Shown here: in pieces, positions 58,114-64,000 of the stretch
How positions within the stretch are numbered: the stretch's first letter is position 1
How the letters are laid out: every line of letters begins with the position of its first letter
Source of the DNA: an uncultured Candidatus Saccharibacteria bacterium
Lineage (GTDB): Bacteria > Patescibacteriota > UBA1384 > CAILIB01
NCBI GenBank assembly: GCA_964593885.1
Contig: CAZQKK010000002.1
Location: forward strand, 286,990-350,989
Direction of reading: 5' to 3'
Length of the DNA stretch: 64,000 bases
Notes under the pieces: generated by a model
Databases searched by the model: none
Told to the model about the DNA's origin: nothing
The model's input: only the letters and a program-made list of their open reading frames with translations
Made by a program: the position numbers and the translations under genes

Positions 58114-59586
58114 TTAGAGGAGATTTGCTCGCAACTTCTCCGTGAGTGCATCAACAGTAAGTCGCTCCTGCTCCATGCTATCTCTATCGCGCAGGGTCAC
58201 CGTGCCGTCTTCAAGGGTTTGGTAGTCCAGGGTAACACAGAAAGGTGTTCCAATCTCGTCCTGCTTTCGGTAACGCTTCCCTACTGCCCCGGTTTCTTCG
58301 CACACCATGAGGCGCCCAGGCACTGCCTTACGTAGCGTGCCAAACAACTCTTTCGCCTTCTCAGATAGCCCATCCTTCTTCATGAGTGGGAGTACCGCAA
58401 CGGCAACTGGCGCCACTTTAGCAGGTAGATGGAGCACCGTTTCTAGCTCAGTCCCCTTCCCATCTCTCCCCTGGGGGTACTCACGGTAGGAATCAATGAG
58501 GAGCGCCAGGAGCAGCCTTCCGTGCCCAAAGGTTGGCTCAATAACGTAGGGAACGTACCTCTCGCGCTTCTCCTCGTCAAAGTAGGAGAGTTCTTTCCCA
58601 CTTCCATCCTGGTGCGCCTTGAGGTCAAAGTCTGTTCGGTTTGCGAGACCAGTCAGTTCGCCCCAGCCACCAAATGGGTAGTTGTACTCCCAGTCTATGG
58701 TGCGCTTTGAGTAGTGTGAAAGTTTCTCGCGTGGGTGCTCGTAGGGGCGAAGTTCATCACGCGTCATCCCCATGTCATCCACGAGGAAAGCTTCCTGCTC
58801 CTTGAGCCAGTGTTCAAACGCCTCCTCATCAGTTCCTGGACTCACGAAGTACTCAATCTCCATCTGCTCAAGCTCGCGTACCCGGAAGAGCGAGTTTCCC
58901 GTGGTGATTTCGTTCCTGAACGCCTTCCCAATCTGGGCGATCCCAAACGGCAGCTTCTTGTGGTAGGTGTCGAGGACGTTCTTGAAGTTGGTGAAAATCC
59001 CCTGCGCCGTTTCTGGCCTGAGGTAGGCGCGAGATCCCGCTCCCTCAACTGCCCCTAGCTGGGTTGCAAACATCATGTTGAAGAGACGAGGCTCTGAAAA
59101 CTTTGCCTCACCACAGTTTGGACAGACCAGCTGCTTGTCCTCGTGCATCAGTTTGTTCCAGGCTACACCTGCCTCATCCTCTGCCCGCTTCTCACCAATC
59201 TTTCGCTGCTTAATGGCTTCGTCTCGCCACCTGACAATGAACACCTCCTGTGATTCTTCCTCAAGGTAGTGGTCTGCCCGCAGCCTAATGTGGCAGTTCT
59301 GACACTCAATCAAAGGGTCACTGAAAGAATCAACGTGCCCAGAGGCTTTCAGTACCGCTTCTGGGGTGAGGATGGCGGCATCTAACCCAACCACGTCCTC
59401 GCGCATGTAGACAAAGCGCTGCCACCAGAGCTTCTTGATGTTGTTCCCAAGCTCAACTCCAAGTGGACCGTAGTCAAAGAGACCGTTGGCGCCGTTGTAG
59501 ATTTCGGCGGAGTTGAAGAAGAAACCTCGGCGTTTTGCCAGGTTCAGAATTGGGTCAAGTGAGGTGGTGCGTGGTGGTTTTTCCAT
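58114..59586 (-). CDS. glyQS: glycyl-tRNA synthetase (dimeric class II GlyRS)
   Basis: Class II motifs, FFNSAEIYNGANGLFDYGPLG N-terminal region, anticodon-binding C-terminal domain. Confidence 0.85.
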   Translation of the reverse strand: MEKPPRTTSLDPILNLAKRRGFFFNSAEIYNGANGLFDYGPLGVELGNNIKKLWWQRFVYMREDVVGLDAAILTPEAVLKASGHVDSFSDPLIECQNCHIRLRADHYLEEESQEVFIVRWRDEAIKQRKIGEKRAEDEAGVAWNKLMHEDKQLVCPNCGEAKFSEPRLFNMMFATQLGAVEGAGSRAYLRPETAQGIFTNFKNVLDTYHKKLPFGIAQIGKAFRNEITTGNSLFRVRELEQMEIEYFVSPGTDEEAFEHWLKEQEAFLVDDMGMTRDELRPYEHPREKLSHYSKRTIDWEYNYPFGGWGELTGLANRTDFDLKAHQDGSGKELSYFDEEKRERYVPYVIEPTFGHGRLLLALLIDSYREYPQGRDGKGTELETVLHLPAKVAPVAVAVLPLMKKDGLSEKAKELFGTLRKAVPGRLMVCEETGAVGKRYRKQDEIGTPFCVTLDYQTLEDGTVTLRDRDSMEQERLTVDALTEKLRANLL

Positions 59587-59631
59587 GACACCACTCTAGC
59601 GCAAAACTGGGTATGCTACCAGGTTACCCTG

Positions 59632-59660
59632 TTGACGATGACTCACCTGAAAGCTACACT
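59632..59660 (+). promoter_or_regulatory. putative promoter TTGACG-17-TACACT
   Basis: Located in the divergent glyQS / 59827 intergenic region. Confidence 0.4.
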
Positions 59661-59739
59661 ACTCCCATGATGTTTTCATGTCGTCACTTTGCCTGGATTT
59701 ACCTCCAAACCCTTCCCGCGGGTGGCGATTTGACTGTGA

Positions 59740-59810
59740 ACATCTAGTAACTTTCTCAAGAACTAGCACACAGAGATCATCCACCGCGGATGGTCTCTCT
59801 TTGTTTTTGG
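59740..59810 (+). promoter_or_regulatory. terminator/antiterminator-like leader element (possible attenuator or riboswitch expression platform)
   Basis: The CAUCC-ACCGC-GGAUGG hairpin followed by UCUCUCUUUGUUUUUGG sits immediately before the RBS GGGAGGAGG. An upstream CCGCGGGUGG can alternatively pair with the terminator 5' arm CCACCGCGG. Confidence 0.35.
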
Positions 59811-59826
59811 GAGGAGGAAAGAGATC

Positions 59827-60273
59827 ATGCAATCGACCCCTGACATCACCGTTGGCTTCTCATCCGGAGCACACGACCTTCTCGCCAACTTTGCTGGCAA
59901 CTACGTGAGTAGCAACCAGCGCGCCTCCATGGCCCAGTGCAACTCGGGCGATAGCCCTTGCTGCTTTGGCTCCATCCAACGCAGCTACGCCAGCCCTGCT
60001 ATCACCATGTTTGGTGCACCCGCTGAAGATGTTTCCGAGGCAAGCTTCTTTGTTGAAGCTACCGCCTGTTCCCACCAAGCCAATTTCTCCCTGGTTACCA
60101 GAGAGAAGGAAGGTATCAGGAGAGTTAAGCTGACTTACAACCCCAACCTCACTGGGAGAACCTGGAAGGTCATCTACGGAATGCTCCTGAGGGAAATCTG
60201 GCTTGCCGGCCTCAAAGAGCGATCAAAAGCGCAGCAAAATCCAGACCTCCCGACGTTTCGTCGGGGTTGGTAA
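59827..60273 (+). CDS. hypothetical protein (148 aa)
   Basis: ATG behind GGGAGGAGG RBS; terminator downstream; no motif. Confidence 0.4.
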   Translation: MQSTPDITVGFSSGAHDLLANFAGNYVSSNQRASMAQCNSGDSPCCFGSIQRSYASPAITMFGAPAEDVSEASFFVEATACSHQANFSLVTREKEGIRRVKLTYNPNLTGRTWKVIYGMLLREIWLAGLKERSKAQQNPDLPTFRRGW

Positions 60274-60280
60274 CGTTTCT

Positions 60281-60306
60281 AACCACCCCTACCCGGGTGG
60301 TTTTTT
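60281..60306 (+). terminator. Rho-independent terminator
   Basis: AACCACCC-CUAC-C-GGGUGGUU followed by UUUUUU. Confidence 0.6.
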
Positions 60307-61045
60307 AGAACCCAATGGTGAAGGCACTCCTTAGTGGCTTTCCTACCCGTGTCTGGAGGTAGTTAAGGGTAACTGCCACTACTTCAGCTCTCACTTCATC
60401 ATCCATGGCAATCCGTTCCGCTAGAAACTGGGGTCGAACAAACTGACGCAGTGCCACCACCACCTTTGGGTTACTAATAGGCAACTGAAAGGGAGCGAGG
60501 CCATTAAGCCCATCCCGGTTGAGCACCCCACCAAGTTCACTGTCCCAAATCAAGTTATCTGGTTCCAAAGGCAACCCAGTTGCAACACTCCTTTCAAGCT
60601 CTGGTGAGTAGCCCAACGTAACCAGGCACTTGAGGAAGAACTCAGACACCACCACCTGGGGGTACTCTGAAACATGGAGTCGCTCTAGGGTGTAGACTAG
60701 TCCATCGTAGAGTTCTGGATGCGCCTCGCCCTCAACCATCAGGAAATCTACCGCCTCAGCAACTAGCTCGGCGTACTGGAGGAAGCTGAGAGAGTCTGTT
60801 GGGTACGATCCTACCTCCATGATGTGAGCCTTGGTAATGAGGTGCCAACCTCCCGTCTCCACCATGTTCACCTCAGTTGGGAGGTACGCCAAGAGGTGGC
60901 CGGTAAGCCTACTGGTAGGTTTTCTGACACCCTTTGCTCGGGCTCTAATCTTGCCAAAGTTGCGTGTGAAGAGGAGGAATGAACGATCGGCGTCAAAAAC
61001 GTCGGTGGTTCTGAGGATTACCGCGGTGGTTTGGAGTTCGCGCAT
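60305..61045 (-). CDS. recO: DNA repair protein RecO
   Basis: N-terminal OB-fold region (AVILRTTDVFDADRSFLLFTRNFGKIRARAKG) typical of RecO. Confidence 0.75.
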   Translation of the reverse strand: MRELQTTAVILRTTDVFDADRSFLLFTRNFGKIRARAKGVRKPTSRLTGHLLAYLPTEVNMVETGGWHLITKAHIMEVGSYPTDSLSFLQYAELVAEAVDFLMVEGEAHPELYDGLVYTLERLHVSEYPQVVVSEFFLKCLVTLGYSPELERSVATGLPLEPDNLIWDSELGGVLNRDGLNGLAPFQLPISNPKVVVALRQFVRPQFLAERIAMDDEVRAEVVAVTLNYLQTRVGKPLRSAFTIGF

Positions 61046-61047
61046 GG

Positions 61048-61908
61048 CTACTTCTGGCAGTTAGTGCAGAAGTGAGTACTTCTCCCACCAACCTTAATCC
61101 GCCTAATCTCGTATCCTGGACACCTTGGACACGGCAAGCCTGTTTTCCGGTAGACGTTAGCCACCTTGAGGTACGTCCCCTTCTCGCCAATGGAGTTGAC
61201 GTAGTCTCGCTCACTTGAGCCCCCGTGCTTCAACGCAAGCTCCAAGGTATCGGTAATGGCTAGCGCTAGTGTCTCCACTTCTTCAGAACTGAGCGAACCA
61301 GCCCGCCTCTCTGGATGGATACCCGCCCTGAAGAGGCTCTCATCGGCGTAGATGTTCCCAATCCCCGCAATGTGAGCCTGATCAAGGAGGAAGCTCTTGA
61401 TCACGGCGCTCTTTGCCTTGGAGAGACGTTCCTGCAAGTAGGTTGCGTTAAAATCACTTCCCAGGGGCTCAGGACCTAGTCTGCCCAGAAAGCCGTGCAC
61501 CTTGAACTCTTCAGGTCCCATCAGCTCGGCAAAGCCAAATTTCCTGAGATCATTGAAGTACATCACCGATCCGTCGGTGAAACTGAAGGTCATCCGGGTA
61601 TGTTTGTTGGGAAGCTCGTCAATGTAAGACTGCGCCGGGTGGCCTCCCATCACGGATTCGCCCCCAATCCCTTTCCAGAGCAGCTGCCCGGTCATCTTGA
61701 GGTGGATGGTCAGGAACCTGCCATCATCAAGGTGAAAGATGAGGAGCTTTCCGCGCCGATCGGTCTTGCTAATCCCCACACCGGCAAGGGTGCGCGGATC
61801 GCCAATGAACTGCTTTGGAGTTTCCACCTTCACGCCCTCAATCACCCTCCCCGTGAGGTGAGGATCGAGGCCACGCCGAATGGTTTCAACTTCGGGAAGC
61901 TCAGGCAT
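61048..61908 (-). CDS. mutM: formamidopyrimidine-DNA glycosylase (Fpg/MutM)
   Basis: MPELPEVE N-terminus (catalytic Pro2/Glu3), H2TH, C-terminal zinc finger CPRCPGYEIRRIKVGGRSTHFCTNCQ. Confidence 0.85.
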   Translation of the reverse strand: MPELPEVETIRRGLDPHLTGRVIEGVKVETPKQFIGDPRTLAGVGISKTDRRGKLLIFHLDDGRFLTIHLKMTGQLLWKGIGGESVMGGHPAQSYIDELPNKHTRMTFSFTDGSVMYFNDLRKFGFAELMGPEEFKVHGFLGRLGPEPLGSDFNATYLQERLSKAKSAVIKSFLLDQAHIAGIGNIYADESLFRAGIHPERRAGSLSSEEVETLALAITDTLELALKHGGSSERDYVNSIGEKGTYLKVANVYRKTGLPCPRCPGYEIRRIKVGGRSTHFCTNCQK

Positions 61909-61911
61909 GGG

Positions 61912-62943
61912 TTACTTGAGGTAGAGCTCGGCTTCTTGGAGGTAGAGGATGGCCATGAGGGCTCGCGCCAGGCGTTTGCTGTCGTGTCTGATTAGCGTTC
62001 GCTCCTTGGCTAGCGCATCAGCACTAGCACTCCCCTGGGTACTCCTCCCCACGCTGTTGATGAGGTTAGCGCCAATCATCCGGTACGAGAGTTTCTTGCG
62101 CCGCTTGAGATCCACCGTAACTGGACGGCGTTCACGCTCCTGCTTGTACCTGCTCAAGAGCTCTGCTGATGGCTTCTTGCTGTTGTAGAGAGCGTAGTCC
62201 ACCTGTCCCTCCCCCAGGTAGGTCTCAATGAGCTCTACAAAGTCTTGGACGGCAAACTCGTCCCCTTGGCCTTTCTCGGTCATGATGTTCACCACCTGTA
62301 CCACCTTCGCGCGGCTCTTCCTCACCGCTTCCTTAGTACCCTCAACAATAAAGTTGGGCACCAAGCTAGTGAAGATGCTCCCCGGGGCGATGACAATGAG
62401 GTCTGCCTGCTTGATGGCGAGGGCGGCGAGCGGGTGAAGCGTGCAGGGTGGTTCCAGCCAAAACCTTTTTAGCGAAGTTCGTTCAGCCCAGATGTGCTCC
62501 TCAATCGCATGCTCACCCAACACCACCTCGCCCTCGGTGCTCTGGGCACGCAGGTGCATGTGGTCAGTGGTAACAGGTAAGACCTTTCCCCGAATGGCGA
62601 GAATCTTGCCAGCCTCAAGCACGGCAGTATCAAAGCTACCAGTCACCTTTTCTAGAGCGGAGAGGAAGAGGTTGCCAAAGCTGTGACCCTTGAGTGAGCC
62701 CGAGGTAAACCGGTAGCCCAAGAGCTCACGGAGCACCGAGGAGTCATCCGCAAGTGCTACCAGCGCCTGCCTGAGGTCTCCCGGAGGAAGGACGCCAAGT
62801 TCATCGCGAAGGATGCCAGTGGAGCCTCCATCATCAGCAGTTGAGACGATTGCCGTCAGTTCACAGGGAGTGTCCCTGAGCGCCTGGAGCACGGTAAAGG
62901 TTCCGGTTCCCCCACCAATCACGACGATACGTTTCATGCTCAT
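61912..62943 (-). CDS. YvcK/CofD-like gluconeogenesis-factor family protein (UPF0052)
   Basis: IVVIGGGTGTFTVL and TADDGGSTGILR motifs. Confidence 0.75.
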   Translation of the reverse strand: MSMKRIVVIGGGTGTFTVLQALRDTPCELTAIVSTADDGGSTGILRDELGVLPPGDLRQALVALADDSSVLRELLGYRFTSGSLKGHSFGNLFLSALEKVTGSFDTAVLEAGKILAIRGKVLPVTTDHMHLRAQSTEGEVVLGEHAIEEHIWAERTSLKRFWLEPPCTLHPLAALAIKQADLIVIAPGSIFTSLVPNFIVEGTKEAVRKSRAKVVQVVNIMTEKGQGDEFAVQDFVELIETYLGEGQVDYALYNSKKPSAELLSRYKQERERRPVTVDLKRRKKLSYRMIGANLINSVGRSTQGSASADALAKERTLIRHDSKRLARALMAILYLQEAELYLK

Positions 62944-63049
62944 AGATTGTAGGCTCTAGTGGCTGTTTTTTATCCAGATACTCACGTAAGTATGACAGAT
63001 TTGTATCGCTCCGAACAAGCTGCTACCATGGATACATAAACCTCGACCC

Positions 63050-63403
63050 ATGAGTGCTCCAGCCAACCCCACTTCACCTTCGTACTGGAGAGCCCTCATC
63101 AACCAGAGCGCCATCAGGTTCTTCATCCTGCGCGCCCTCTGGGATAAGGACTCCTATGGCTACATCCTCTCTAAAGAAATAGAGGATCTCTCTTGGGGTT
63201 TCTGCACACCAACCGAGAGCACCCTCTACCCTGCCCTCGCAGACCTTGAGAAGCGCGGACTCATCCACAGTAGCGCCGTGGTAGCCAACTCACGGACCCG
63301 CAAAATGTACCACATCACCGAACAGGGCAAACTTGCCTTCCGTACTGCCGCAAAAACCTGGGGCGAAATTATTCCGGCGATACGAAAAGCAACCACGCTG
63401 TAG
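63050..63403 (+). CDS. PadR-family transcriptional regulator
   Basis: Winged-helix signature SYGYILSKEI ... TLYPALADLEKRGLI. Confidence 0.75.
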   Translation: MSAPANPTSPSYWRALINQSAIRFFILRALWDKDSYGYILSKEIEDLSWGFCTPTESTLYPALADLEKRGLIHSSAVVANSRTRKMYHITEQGKLAFRTAAKTWGEIIPAIRKATTL

Positions 63404-63423
63404 ACAGCCCCCCCTACCGCACG

Positions 63424-63452
63424 CATACTAGGTGTACAACCTAGTATTTTTT
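63424..63452 (+). terminator. Rho-independent terminator after the padR-like gene
   Basis: ACUAGGU-GUACA-ACCUAGU followed by AUUUUUU. Confidence 0.55.
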
Positions 63453-63466
63453 AAAGGAGAAATTCT

Positions 63467-64000
63467 ATGCAGAACCCAAAAGGTGACTTGCTGGTGCCTG
63501 TGATTGCAAGCCTTCTCGTTGGAGCACTGGTAAGTGGCGGCATTGTGTACGCAGTGACAGGTATGGATACTGACGAAGAGCCAGTCGCAGTGGCGGCTGC
63601 CACACCAACAGCTACCCCAAGTGCCACGGCCAGCGCAACTCCCACACCAACGTCTTCGCCAGCAACCACCAAAGATTTTACGTACAACAGCAAGGTCCTC
63701 TTCAGCTACCCAGCTGAGTACACGATTATTCAACAAACATCAAAATATGATGGTGGTGGTGGCACCCTCCTCAAAGTTGAACTTGCTACAACCAACGCCA
63801 CAACTGGACTAGTTGAAAAGTTACCAATCTCTATCTCTTCTCTTAGCTACGGAGCACCAACTGAAGCACCTAGTCTTGAGAGCCTTCTTCCAGAAGGTAC
63901 TGAAGACAAAAAAACCTTTACGAACAGTAAAGGCACAAAGGCACTGACAGCAAAATATCAAGATCTGGGAGGCTACGATTACTATGGGGTAGTGACTGAG
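63467..64000 (+). CDS. hypothetical secreted/membrane-anchored protein with low-complexity A/T/P linker, 3'-truncated by window end
   Basis: ATG 63467 behind AAAGGAGA; N-terminal TM helix LLVPVIASLLVGALVSGGIV then AAATPTATPSATASATPTPTSSPATT linker; open to the window end. Confidence 0.4.
   Translation, partial: MQNPKGDLLVPVIASLLVGALVSGGIVYAVTGMDTDEEPVAVAAATPTATPSATASATPTPTSSPATTKDFTYNSKVLFSYPAEYTIIQQTSKYDGGGGTLLKVELATTNATTGLVEKLPISISSLSYGAPTEAPSLESLLPEGTEDKKTFTNSKGTKALTAKYQDLGGYDYYGVVTE

Noticed and set aside
62944-63049. Imperfect palindrome ATACTCACGTAAGTAT between divergent yvcK-like and padR genes as PadR operator
   Set aside because: Only 5/6 half-site symmetry and no second copy; it is plausible but too weak to call as a feature.

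Overview
The window is a moderately GC-rich bacterial chromosomal segment with a small-genome flavour: short versions of some housekeeping proteins, many GTG/TTG starts and translationally coupled operons. It is dominated by core machinery.

Main gene blocks:
- F1Fo ATP synthase operon atpBEFHAGDC (7.3-13.4 kb, + strand).
- A long dcw cell-wall/division cluster on the - strand (41.6-53.6 kb): mraZ, ftsL-like, ftsI, murF, mraY, murD, ftsW, murG, murC, murB, ftsQ.
- Immediately downstream of ftsQ: recJ and radA.
- tRNA synthetases argS, tyrS and glyQS, plus class A PBP1a and ddl.
- ribosomal protein L28 (rpmB) and truD.
- Additional DNA repair genes: recO, mutM and an HhH-GPD DNA glycosylase.
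- An L-lactate permease and a MacB/FtsX-type ABC transporter pair.
- One tRNA-Pro(GGG).

The accessory-looking part is a presumptive photoprotection island (17.2-25.3 kb): a deoxyribodipyrimidine-photolyase-related (DPRP) gene that ends prematurely inside a conserved motif, a hotdog-fold protein, a UbiA-family prenyltransferase convergent with a crtE-crtB-crtI carotenoid operon, a cluster-less HhH-GPD glycosylase and a small membrane protein.

Other notable items:
- A 1437-aa protein with a C-terminal Pol-beta/CD-NTase-like nucleotidyltransferase motif.
- A transmembrane protein with a catalytically degenerate PP2C-like N-domain and an extracytoplasmic beta-propeller-like C-domain.
- Two ORF-free, GC-rich, hairpin-rich regions (about 385 nt and 490 nt) that look like structured ncRNA loci; the first carries RNase-P-like sequence elements.
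- Three 10-bp-phased AAGTGGG repeats, a candidate MraZ operator, in front of mraZ.
- A tRNA-Pro flanked by copies of its own 5' end and a lower-GC block.
- A terminator/antiterminator-like leader in front of a small unknown gene.

Coordinate caution: CDS coordinates follow the supplied ORF track, adjusted to the most plausible internal start where noted. Hand-placed RNA and regulatory features carry about +/-2 nt uncertainty. In the 34.6-38.4 kb stretch my manual indexing disagreed by 1 nt with the ORF track.
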